Source: Deltaproteobacteria bacterium (GTDB taxonomy: Archaea > Thermoplasmatota > Poseidoniia > Poseidoniales > Poseidoniaceae). Taken from it: 64,000 nucleotides of DNA. The notes beneath the pieces were generated by a model. The model saw only the letters and a list, made by a program, of their open reading frames with translations. It ran no database searches and was not told the DNA's origin. The first letter of the stretch is position 1, and every line of letters starts with the position of its first letter. The stretch lies in contig JAOMAZ010000001.1 in the NCBI GenBank assembly GCA_028344335.1, positions 11,468-75,467 on the forward strand. Direction: 5' to 3'. The translations under genes were made by a program, and so were the position numbers. Shown in pieces: positions 34,756 through 43,340 of this stretch.

Positions 34756-37700
34756 ATGCGTAAAGCCTTATTCTTGTGTTTTTTGATGCTTGCATCTTCA
34801 TCACTGGTGATGGTAGATAATGCAGAATCCGCATCAGGTAGATCTGGAATTGATGTATATATCAGCGATTATTCATTTGATTATGTAAATAGTGCTGATG
34901 TAAATACTTACAAAATGTTCAGTAGCAACTATCCCATCGCTGGATTCAATAAACCCGAAACACTGTTTATCACTGATGGAGTATTAGGTGCTGACTTACG
35001 TATTTCCTTTACCATATCAAATGATGGCACCAGTGATTCTTCAGGGTTCGCTGCAAACGTTGTTATCCTGCACGATGAATATATAGAATTTGAATTGCTT
35101 AACACCACTGTTCAAGTCTCGAACGTCCCAGCGCAGGGCACTTCAACCGTTTCTTTTGATTGGATTCCAAACTATGCTGGGAATCATAGTCTTGTCATCG
35201 ATTTAGCAAATACAAATGATGACAATTATGCAAATAATATGAGAACTCGTCATTTAACAATCGCTTGGCTTTACGATAATTGCGATGATTTAGCCCAATG
35301 GTCTGCAGGAACAGGTTGGCAGGCTAGTAGTGATGCAACTATTTCGATGAACTCCGCATGCCATGTAGGTAATGGAGAATCCAGCACCTATGGTGATGGC
35401 TGGTCTACTTCACTTGACACACCAGTTTGGGACTTATCTGATATTGCTACGAATCCAACGAGAGTTATTGGATACGGGTTTTTCTACACAGGGTCGATTC
35501 TAAGTGGTGATTCAATATCTCTACAGGCAAGAAAAAATGATGGATCTTGGGAAGAACTAGGAACCATGACGGGAACAATTGATGGTAGTTTTCAAGATGG
35601 TAGTACAAATTGGCAAACATTCTCCAACACTGTAGGTTCTCAAACTACTCCAGTCATTCCAATGCAGCCTCGGCATTTTCATACATCAAGTCAATTGAGA
35701 TTCCACTTTTCATCAGACTCATCTGGTAATGCGATTGGTTATTGGATTGATGATATCGTTTTGCTATACGACCAAAAAGCAAAGGTGGAGGAATTTGATT
35801 GGAATATCGGTACTGTTAGTTCTGCTGCAGCACAACGCGAAGAATGGTCAGATCAAACGATTATTATCCAAAATAACGGCAACCTTTCTGACAAATTCAT
35901 CCCTAGTGTGAGTGGCCTACCTGATGATTGGGAGGTAATCTATACTCATGAGGGTGGCTCGAATATTGATGCCCCCAATGGAGTCAGAGTAGCGCCAGGT
36001 GAAAGTAAGAATCTACATGTCAAGATAAAGCCCGGTCCAAATGCATCATTGGGAGTTGAATCCTATTTATTGGACATCAGGAGTATGGAACAAAGTAGCG
36101 TCTTTGATTCAAGAAATGTAAGTATCACTGTTTTGGCAGACTTCATTCCTTCTATTCAACCTCAAACCACAACGCCTGTGTGTGCCGCAGGAAATTCATG
36201 TGAATTCTTTATCACGGTAGAGAACATCGGAGATAGTAGTGATACTTTCGATCTTGAAGTTTCACCATTTGATGTAAAGACAGGATGGTCGCTTGGCCTT
36301 GCATGGGACCAATCAACTTCAATCGTAGTTGCACCAGGAACTCCAGAATTAGTCAAAATGATGGTGAGTGTTCCAGAAGGAGAAGCACCCGACGTTAGCA
36401 GTAGTGTTAATTTTCAAGCGACCAGCAGAACTGACCCCGAAAGAAGCGATAGCATCCAAGTTTCAGCAGCAGCAGCGATGGTATCAGCAGCAGAATTCTC
36501 AATTGAATCTGAAAATATTCCGAGTAACGGATGGGAAGTAGAACCTAGTGGAAGCATTGTAATTAGATTCTCACTTTGGAATAATGCCAGCCGCCAGGAC
36601 ACATTTTCTTTCAGCCTTGATGTTCAAGGTGGGCGAACTTGGAATGTGGATGTGCAAGACTATCCTGACCTTCCTATCAACCCAGGAAGCAGTGCGACAT
36701 ACGTTGTAACTATTACTGCACCAAGCACTGCTCAAGCAGGAGACCCTGGTCCTGTTTTGACTCCTCAAGCCAACAGCATTCGTTCAAACATGAGTGCAAG
36801 TACTTTCCAGTTTTCAGAATTAAGAGTTAGTACCCTGCATGATTTGGTATTGAGAGCCAGTGATATGCCACCCTATATCACACCCGGAATTGGCACTGGC
36901 TTCAATATTGAAATTGAAAACGATGGTAATGGGCCAGTAGATGCACTTCTGGATTTGCCAGATTTGCCATCAACATGGCAGTGGTGGTCTGTGGTTGATG
37001 GTGTCAATATAACAGGGCCAATTAGGCTCAGTCCATCATATGAACAAATGGATATTGCTTATGTTGAGTTGTTTATTCTAGCGCCGGCTGATGAAAGTGC
37101 TGGAGAAAGCCTTGAATTCAGCATTGTCGTTGAACCTTGGGAAGGCGAGGATATTGATTTGACAAATAATGAAATCATTCACGAAGTTATCACTTCTCAA
37201 GTTCGTCAACCAGTACTATATCCACCCGAAGAAAGTGAATATCGAATGAATACAGATGGTACAATCACCATTTATTTCAATGTCTTAAATCTGGGAAATA
37301 CCCGCGAATCTGAAATGAAAGTTAGGGTTGATCATACGTCAACTCCAGCCGCAGCCGACATTACTACCCTCCTTGAGAGAGGTAGCAAATCAAGTGCTGC
37401 GGGACAATGGTTGACTAGTAGCGTTTTGGCTGGTCAACAAGTGGAATATATGCTAACGGTAATTGCTGATTCCGATCTAACTTTAAACACCAGATTAAAT
37501 TTGAAAATTACCGTAGTTGGTGGATTAGATGAATTTTCTCAACCACTAATGCTAGAATACGAGTTCACTATTCTCGCAGATGTTCGTAGAGAGGTCACCG
37601 CTAATTTACTGGCTCCCACAGATGGCGAAGCCCTGAAATCTGGAGAAGAACATGTTTTCACTGTTGAATTAGAAAGCCACTCCTCAATTCCTGAAATAAT

Positions 37701-38550
37701 AACCTTGAATTTTACAGGCACAAGGACTCTTATTTGTAATGGTAATCCAATAGATTCTGGAAATTATACTATGACTTTACAACCACCTCCAAGCCACACC
37801 TCTACCTTTGACAAAGTGATTTGTAAAGCAACACAGGGGGGTAGCGGTGATAGTGGTGAAATTCAAATCACTATTTCAATTGAAAATAACGAAATTACAA
37901 GTTGGACAATTTCATCTGATTGGCAGCAAAAACAAGTTGCTAACAAGGGGTTCCTTGGTGGAGTAGGTGAAACAGAATATATCGCAGGAGGTGCTGGAGT
38001 GCTTCTTCTTGTTGTCATAACTTTACTCGTATTAGCTCGTAAGGGAAGTGAGGAGGAAGAATATGAAGGTGAAGAAGAATATGACGATGGGGAGGATAAC
38101 TATTCGGCAAAAGTTTTGGCTCAGGTTGAGCAGAACTACCAAACTTATCCACCAGCAACGCGCGTTGAAACAATCCCTTCGGGCCCACCCACCACTCAAA
38201 TCATGCCGGTAGTACAAGAGCCTGTTATTCAGGAGCCAAAACAATGGTCACGTGAGGAATTATTGGCATCTGGATGGACTAATGACCAGATAGTTACATC
38301 TTATCCACATTTGGCAGTATTAAGTGCAAGTTCATTGACCACTGCCTTCGATTCTCTTGGAGGTGATAGTGCGCCACAAGAACCGGAACAGGGAGATGGG
38401 CCAGCTCTTCCTGCTGTTAATTGTGTTATTACTGGACAAGAATTGACCTCAAATGACCAATGGGCCCAATGTGCCTCATGTGGTGCCTGGGCAGAAGCGA
38501 CAGCAAAAGCAGGCTGTGAGAATTGCCCACGTTGTCGAGCAGCATGGTGA
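34756..38550 (+). CDS. Giant type-I membrane surface protein: signal peptide, multiple CARDB/DUF11-like beta-sandwich modules, a C-terminal TM helix, and a roughly 170-aa cytoplasmic tail ending in a Cys4 Zn-ribbon.
   Basis: The signal peptide is MRKALFLCFLMLASSSLVMVDNAESASG. Repeated N-x-G-N/D motifs include IIIQNNGNLSD, ITVENIGDSSDTFDLEV, IEIENDGNGPVDA and FNVLNLGNTRESEM. The TM helix is GAGVLLLVVITLLVLA. The tail reads EEEEYEGEEEYDDGED...CASCGAW...CENCPRC. The track start is 34732. Confidence 0.75.
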   Translation: MRKALFLCFLMLASSSLVMVDNAESASGRSGIDVYISDYSFDYVNSADVNTYKMFSSNYPIAGFNKPETLFITDGVLGADLRISFTISNDGTSDSSGFAANVVILHDEYIEFELLNTTVQVSNVPAQGTSTVSFDWIPNYAGNHSLVIDLANTNDDNYANNMRTRHLTIAWLYDNCDDLAQWSAGTGWQASSDATISMNSACHVGNGESSTYGDGWSTSLDTPVWDLSDIATNPTRVIGYGFFYTGSILSGDSISLQARKNDGSWEELGTMTGTIDGSFQDGSTNWQTFSNTVGSQTTPVIPMQPRHFHTSSQLRFHFSSDSSGNAIGYWIDDIVLLYDQKAKVEEFDWNIGTVSSAAAQREEWSDQTIIIQNNGNLSDKFIPSVSGLPDDWEVIYTHEGGSNIDAPNGVRVAPGESKNLHVKIKPGPNASLGVESYLLDIRSMEQSSVFDSRNVSITVLADFIPSIQPQTTTPVCAAGNSCEFFITVENIGDSSDTFDLEVSPFDVKTGWSLGLAWDQSTSIVVAPGTPELVKMMVSVPEGEAPDVSSSVNFQATSRTDPERSDSIQVSAAAAMVSAAEFSIESENIPSNGWEVEPSGSIVIRFSLWNNASRQDTFSFSLDVQGGRTWNVDVQDYPDLPINPGSSATYVVTITAPSTAQAGDPGPVLTPQANSIRSNMSASTFQFSELRVSTLHDLVLRASDMPPYITPGIGTGFNIEIENDGNGPVDALLDLPDLPSTWQWWSVVDGVNITGPIRLSPSYEQMDIAYVELFILAPADESAGESLEFSIVVEPWEGEDIDLTNNEIIHEVITSQVRQPVLYPPEESEYRMNTDGTITIYFNVLNLGNTRESEMKVRVDHTSTPAAADITTLLERGSKSSAAGQWLTSSVLAGQQVEYMLTVIADSDLTLNTRLNLKITVVGGLDEFSQPLMLEYEFTILADVRREVTANLLAPTDGEALKSGEEHVFTVELESHSSIPEIITLNFTGTRTLICNGNPIDSGNYTMTLQPPPSHTSTFDKVICKATQGGSGDSGEIQITISIENNEITSWTISSDWQQKQVANKGFLGGVGETEYIAGGAGVLLLVVITLLVLARKGSEEEEYEGEEEYDDGEDNYSAKVLAQVEQNYQTYPPATRVETIPSGPPTTQIMPVVQEPVIQEPKQWSREELLASGWTNDQIVTSYPHLAVLSASSLTTAFDSLGGDSAPQEPEQGDGPALPAVNCVITGQELTSNDQWAQCASCGAWAEATAKAGCENCPRCRAAW

Positions 38551-38589
38551 GGCGACAGCATCATCAATAAACAGCAACAGGGTGAATCG

Positions 38590-38763
38590 ATGGTATTACC
38601 TCCTTTGTGGTATGCTCTCTTTGTCATCGTCTCCTTTCTTGGGATAGCAACTTGGTACCTGAAAAATTTCACTAATAAGGTCAATTTGATGCGCTTTTCC
38701 GCCCTACTTGGTTCAGCATGCATGGCTAGTTTAGCTATTTGGACATGGCAGATGGAGATTTAA
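38590..38763 (+). CDS. 57-aa two-TM small membrane peptide, absent from the ORF track.
   Basis: Reads MVLPPLWYALFVIVSFLGIATWYLKNFTNKVNLMRFSALLGSACMASLAIWTWQMEI. The stop TAA lies 2 nt before the ATG of the PqqD-like gene. Confidence 0.4.
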   Translation: MVLPPLWYALFVIVSFLGIATWYLKNFTNKVNLMRFSALLGSACMASLAIWTWQMEI

Positions 38764-38765
38764 TT

Positions 38766-39284
38766 ATGACAGAACTTCCTGGTGTAGAAGAGCATGAATT
38801 GGCCTCTACCTACCCCACACGCCTTCCGGTTTGGTGGGGTAGGGAAGGAGTAGCAGGAGTTTCTCCTGATGAAGCAGGAACCACTGGCCGAAAAGTAGTC
38901 TTGAGGTTCGAGAAAAAATTTAACAAATTAGAAAAGTTGGTCTTCAAATTTCTTGGAGGAGCAAAGGAAATGAAACGCTCCCTCGATAGCCTCAACAGCA
39001 TGCTTTGGGAATTATCTGATGGTAGCAGAACTTTTGCTGAAATTTGTACAATCATGGACTCGCTCTTTCACGAAAAGGTCGCCCCAGTACAAGACCGTAC
39101 AGCACTTGGCCTAAACCAATTTCAACGACTCGGGGTACTGGCAATTCTGAAAACCAAATTTGATCAAGGATGGCCGACAGGACCGGGGGTTATCCCACCT
39201 TCACAAACGATGACTGAAAGGGTTGATGGCATAGATTCAGAACCCATAGATGGGGAAATTGTGGAATGGCCTTTAGAGTCCTAA
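38766..39284 (+). CDS. PqqD-family / RiPP-recognition-element (RRE)-like peptide-binding protein.
   Basis: LNSMLWELSDGSRTFAEICTIMDSLFHEKVAPVQDRTALGLNQFQRLGVLAI resembles the PqqD fold consensus (LNETAAFIWELLDGKRTVEEI...). The start is trimmed to the Met after the small ORF stop; the track ORF starts at 38739. Confidence 0.55.
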   Translation: MTELPGVEEHELASTYPTRLPVWWGREGVAGVSPDEAGTTGRKVVLRFEKKFNKLEKLVFKFLGGAKEMKRSLDSLNSMLWELSDGSRTFAEICTIMDSLFHEKVAPVQDRTALGLNQFQRLGVLAILKTKFDQGWPTGPGVIPPSQTMTERVDGIDSEPIDGEIVEWPLES

Positions 39285-39617
39285 TACATCTTCAGGTGGC
39301 CTACCAATAACTGCTAATTTGCCATTATCATGAATTGGCCTTTGCATCAATATTGGGTATTCCACAACTAATTTCGCAACCACATCTGCATTGTCCAAGT
39401 CTTCTGTGGAAGCCCCACTTTGTGAAAATTCTGCTTCTCCTGTTCTAATTAAGGTCCGAACCCCACTTTGAAGACGCAGTGCAAGGCTTCTTACTTCATC
39501 AAAAGTTAATGGTTGTTTGAGATATTCGACCACAGTAAATTCAATGGCACTCTCGTTTAGCAATTGAAAAGCCTGTCTAGATTTTGAGCAGCGAGGATTG
39601 TGGTAGAGGGTTCCCAT
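39273..39617 (-). CDS. arsC: ArsC-family (glutaredoxin-type arsenate reductase / Spx / YffB) protein.
   Basis: LYHNPRCSKSRQAFQLL...YPILMQRPI parallels E. coli ArsC (ITIYHNPACGTSRNTLEMI...HPILINRPI). The catalytic Cys is in NPRCSKSR. Confidence 0.75.
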   Translation of the reverse strand: MGTLYHNPRCSKSRQAFQLLNESAIEFTVVEYLKQPLTFDEVRSLALRLQSGVRTLIRTGEAEFSQSGASTEDLDNADVVAKLVVEYPILMQRPIHDNGKLAVIGRPPEDVLGL

Positions 39618-39639
39618 GGTCCACCCAAGGGGAGCTAGT

Positions 39640-40383
39640 TCACAACTCTTGCCAAAGAATCCTCAGTCCAATTCCATCTGAACACTTGTCTACAGGGGCA
39701 GAGGCACGAGCGCCACATCTTGTTGCTTCAGATTCAGTGAACCATGAACCACCTTTGTGAACTCGTCTACCTGCGTCTCCTCCTACAACTCTTGGATTCC
39801 CGTCCAATGGTACAGCTTGATGATTTGAGTGCCAATTATCCAAGCACCATTCACCAACATTTCCACAAATATCATGTAAACCCCATGGATTAGGGTCTTT
39901 TTGACCTACAATATTGGTTTTCGCTCCTGAATTTCCTGCATTCCAAATATGTTGGTGAATTGCATGGTCTGCATCACCACAATACCAATCTGAAGTAGTT
40001 CCAGCCCTTGCCGCATATTCCCACTCAGCCTCACTAGGTAATCGGAAAGTGCCCCTTGCATGCCATCCTTCTTCACCTAAATGCTCATGTAATTTTTCTC
40101 CAAACTGTGTTGCTTCAAGCCAACTTACTCTTTCTACAGGTCTTAATCCAGCTTCGAATCCCTGCTGAAATTTACTTGGATTAAATCCCATTACAGCAGA
40201 CCAAACGCTTTGAGTTACAGGTCTTGTAGAAAACCAATAATCTCTCTCTATCTTGACTTTTTGAACCGGCCCTTCGCTCGGAGAGGCGCCTCCTCCTTCT
40301 TTTCCCATCAAAAAAGAACCTTTAGAGATGAAAATGAAATCCTGACCGAGCGAGTCGGTCTTAGTTTGCATTTCATTCACCAT
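39640..40383 (-). CDS. FGE-sulfatase (SUMF1/EgtB C-terminal-type) domain protein.
   Basis: RLPSEAEWEYAARAG and CGNVGEWCLD signature motifs with HKGGSWF. The start is trimmed to Met7 of the track ORF. Confidence 0.75.
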   Translation of the reverse strand: MVNEMQTKTDSLGQDFIFISKGSFLMGKEGGGASPSEGPVQKVKIERDYWFSTRPVTQSVWSAVMGFNPSKFQQGFEAGLRPVERVSWLEATQFGEKLHEHLGEEGWHARGTFRLPSEAEWEYAARAGTTSDWYCGDADHAIHQHIWNAGNSGAKTNIVGQKDPNPWGLHDICGNVGEWCLDNWHSNHQAVPLDGNPRVVGGDAGRRVHKGGSWFTESEATRCGARASAPVDKCSDGIGLRILWQEL

Positions 40384-40918
40384 CGCGCAATAAAGATGCA
40401 TGTTTTACTACTGAAGCAACTAATTTTTCCAACCTTTCAATATTACTTTTATCTGACAGGTCTCCATCTTCAGTAAATGCTTCCTTGACATTGCCAATAG
40501 CTAATTGTTCGGGCACAACCCAACCATGTAACCAACGGATACAGATTCTCAAGTGGTTGAGAGTATTGGAATTAGCAATTCCACCTAATGTCGACATCAG
40601 GCCGAAAACCTTGCCCCCCACGTGATCCATATAGAGCCAGTCAAGGGTGTTTTTCATGACTCCTGACATAGTACCGTGATATTCAGGACTTGCAAGAAGA
40701 AAGCCGTCGCAACTACTGGCCAAAGCCTGAAATTCCTTAACGGTTTCATTTTGCCAACAACCGTCTTCTCCTACCAGCGGTAGAGGCTTTTCAGCAATGT
40801 CCCAAAATATGGCTTCAGCACCCAGTTTTTCTGCTTCTTTCAACGCTAATGACACCAACATACTGTTTTTTGAGGTTGAACCATAACTTCCTGATAAACC
40901 GAGAATCTTGCTACCCAT
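40373..40918 (-). CDS. NAD(P)H-dependent FMN reductase (flavodoxin-like fold).
   Basis: KILGLSGSYGSTSKNSMLVSLA...SPEYHGTMSGVMKNTLDW is typical of the NADPH-dependent FMN reductase family. Confidence 0.7.
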   Translation of the reverse strand: MGSKILGLSGSYGSTSKNSMLVSLALKEAEKLGAEAIFWDIAEKPLPLVGEDGCWQNETVKEFQALASSCDGFLLASPEYHGTMSGVMKNTLDWLYMDHVGGKVFGLMSTLGGIANSNTLNHLRICIRWLHGWVVPEQLAIGNVKEAFTEDGDLSDKSNIERLEKLVASVVKHASLLRDGE

Positions 40919-41004
40919 AGAGACTGGGAAAGATACATCCTTCAAAGAAGTTGAGATGAACTTGATTCGGTAATGCTTATCTCAAGTTCAGTGCGGTTGA
41001 GTAA

Positions 41005-43335
41005 TTGGTGCCCACTGTGACTGTAGATGATATCCCCGCCGCCGCGCCTAATCTTAAAGATCCCAGCATCTCAAGCAATGCCTTGGAAAGTGCGGGTTTA
41101 GGTAGTATGATTGCAGAAAGTGCAGAACCTGAATCGCCCGAAGAGGACCCATGGGCAATGGGTCCCGACGATTTTGAAGAAATACCAGAAGTTGCAATCG
41201 TAGATATCAGGGATGATATCGAAGAAATCACCTCCCCAGATGATGACAATGAAGTCGAAGCATTGATTGCAGAAGGTGAAGCTCTAACTCGTGAGGGTAG
41301 CAATAAAGAAGCGTTAGCATCGTTCAACAAGGCAATCGCTGCAGACCCCGGTGCAGAAATGGCGTGGTTCAATCGCGGCGTCATTCTTGAAGCCCAAGGC
41401 GATACTCGCGGGGCCCGCCAATCTTTTGGGATTACATTGGACTTGAATCCAGAACATGGCCCTGCGGCTGCAAACTTGGCTATCATCCTCGATAGAATGG
41501 GGGATTCTCAAGGTGCTAAGCGCTGGGCTGAAGTCGCTTTGGAAAGTTTCCCTGGACATCACTTATTGCTCGGCTTGGTTCGTAATAACAACAGCCAAAG
41601 TCATGGCGTAGTTTCAGGTGCCAAGGATGCAGATGTCAAGATGATGGGGCAAGCTCAAGCTTCAGAGGCAGCACCAGAACGCGCAGATTTAGTTTGGTCC
41701 GAAGATGATGTCGCATCGGCAATGGATACACATGGCTTGAGAGATCGTGAAGCAGTCTTGGAAGAAGCAAGATTGCATGATGTGGATGGTAATTTATACC
41801 TTGACAAAGAGGAATTGCATTCGGCTGCAGGTTTAGTTGCTGCAAAACAAGCTGCCACTGTTGAAGCAGAAAGCAGGGCAACTGCTAGAGAAGAAACCGC
41901 ACCGACTACCGAACTAGCACCTGCTGGTCCTGATTTGGATAGCCTTTGTGAACAAGCTACAGGATTACTCCGCTCCGGAGATGCTCGTGGAGCCTTGGCG
42001 ATGCTGATGGAGCATCTGCACTCGGATGCAGCACAGCACCCTTCCTGTTGGCGTGTTGCTGCGGGAGCGATGGCGCGCTTGGAATTGAATGATAATGCAA
42101 TAGATGCTTTTACTCATGCTCTAACTTTGGATGATAGCGATTCCTCAGGCTGGTATAATTTGGGTGCAATTCACAAGCGGAAGGAAGACATGAGTTCCGC
42201 AGTTGACTGTTTCAGTAGGGCTCTTGCATTGAATCCTGACTATAGTAGAGCCTGCTATGCATTAGCAACAGGTTGTTTAGACATTGGTGATGTAGAAGCC
42301 GCAGTAAATGCTTGGAGAAAATTACTAACAATCGAACCAAATCATGATTCAAAAGAGGATTTCGGGACATTATTGGTTGAACTTGGTGAAGGTGAAGCAA
42401 AAGTACTGGAACTAGCAGGTGGATTACCTCCAACTATGCCTGAGGGGCCAGCCCTTGCTGAAGAGGCAATCACTTACATCAATAAAGATACACCTTTGAT
42501 GGCAAGAGCCCTCAGTGTTGCAGGTAAGCATACAGATTCAGTTCTTTGCTGGAAAGAGTTATTGAAAGTTGATAAAGAAAATGCCGATTGGTGGCTTGGA
42601 TTAGCAAATGCATTGGCAGCAGCTGGAGATGAGGCTACTGCAGCACGATGCAGACAAAAATACGAGGCCCTTTCTGGTGCTTCACCTTCTGTCGAAGTGG
42701 CCAACGAAACCATGTCTTCCCAGCCACAAACAATGGTAGAGGAAGTCCCTCAACCTGAACCAGCACCAGTAGAGAATGTTGTGCCAGCTGTTGACCTATC
42801 AATGCCTGAACCAACTCCTGCACCAACTCCAGAACCATCCCCTAAAGTGGATTTGGCTAAAGCGGCTCTCGATGCTTCCCAAAAAGCAGCATCAATCCCA
42901 ATCATAGCGCCTGTTGCTTCCAACGCAATAGCAAATCAAGATGTTGAATGGTATAACAAGGGATTAGCCCTTTTATCTGAAAAGAAGTATCAACAATCGC
43001 TTTCATGTTTTGATAAGGCACTACCTCTGTTTACTCACGACGATAATATGGTAATTAGAATCCTCAACGCTAGAGGAAACTGTTTTTACTATCTTGAAGA
43101 ATATCCAAAATGTATCGAAAACCACCACAAAGCTATGCTAATCGAGCCAACCTCGGTAACCGGAGCGACCCTCTACAACATGGGTACTGCCTATGGAGAA
43201 ATGGAAAGGTTTCCCGATGCAATAAAGTGCTTCGAGCAAGCAATTCCTCGTGGATTAACCAAGGAACAGCAGAAATTGGCCAAAGAGCAAATCCGCCGCT
43301 GTAAATTACTTCTCAAAGAACAAGAGAAAAAGTAA
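41005..43335 (+). CDS. TPR-repeat protein with an acidic N-terminus and a Pro/Glu-rich linker.
   Basis: Multiple 34-aa TPR units (e.g. EALASFNKAIAADPGAEMAWFNRGVILEAQGD; AVDCFSRALALNPDYSRACYALATGCLD). The PEP/PTP linker is EVPQPEPAPVENVVPAVDLSMPEPTPAPTPEPSP. The start is uncertain. Confidence 0.7.
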   Translation: MVPTVTVDDIPAAAPNLKDPSISSNALESAGLGSMIAESAEPESPEEDPWAMGPDDFEEIPEVAIVDIRDDIEEITSPDDDNEVEALIAEGEALTREGSNKEALASFNKAIAADPGAEMAWFNRGVILEAQGDTRGARQSFGITLDLNPEHGPAAANLAIILDRMGDSQGAKRWAEVALESFPGHHLLLGLVRNNNSQSHGVVSGAKDADVKMMGQAQASEAAPERADLVWSEDDVASAMDTHGLRDREAVLEEARLHDVDGNLYLDKEELHSAAGLVAAKQAATVEAESRATAREETAPTTELAPAGPDLDSLCEQATGLLRSGDARGALAMLMEHLHSDAAQHPSCWRVAAGAMARLELNDNAIDAFTHALTLDDSDSSGWYNLGAIHKRKEDMSSAVDCFSRALALNPDYSRACYALATGCLDIGDVEAAVNAWRKLLTIEPNHDSKEDFGTLLVELGEGEAKVLELAGGLPPTMPEGPALAEEAITYINKDTPLMARALSVAGKHTDSVLCWKELLKVDKENADWWLGLANALAAAGDEATAARCRQKYEALSGASPSVEVANETMSSQPQTMVEEVPQPEPAPVENVVPAVDLSMPEPTPAPTPEPSPKVDLAKAALDASQKAASIPIIAPVASNAIANQDVEWYNKGLALLSEKKYQQSLSCFDKALPLFTHDDNMVIRILNARGNCFYYLEEYPKCIENHHKAMLIEPTSVTGATLYNMGTAYGEMERFPDAIKCFEQAIPRGLTKEQQKLAKEQIRRCKLLLKEQEKK

Positions 43336-43340
43336 ACTGA

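Noticed and set aside
38301-38723. Minus-strand 140-aa ORF overlapping the 3' end of the giant surface protein gene and the small TM ORF.
   Set aside because: It is antisense to a strongly supported gene (the Zn-ribbon tail coding region) and has no motifs.
40977-41562. Minus-strand ORFs 40977..41486 and 41314..41562 (Ser/Ala-rich).
   Set aside because: They are antisense to the TPR protein N-terminal region, and the low-complexity composition mirrors the sense-strand acidic region.
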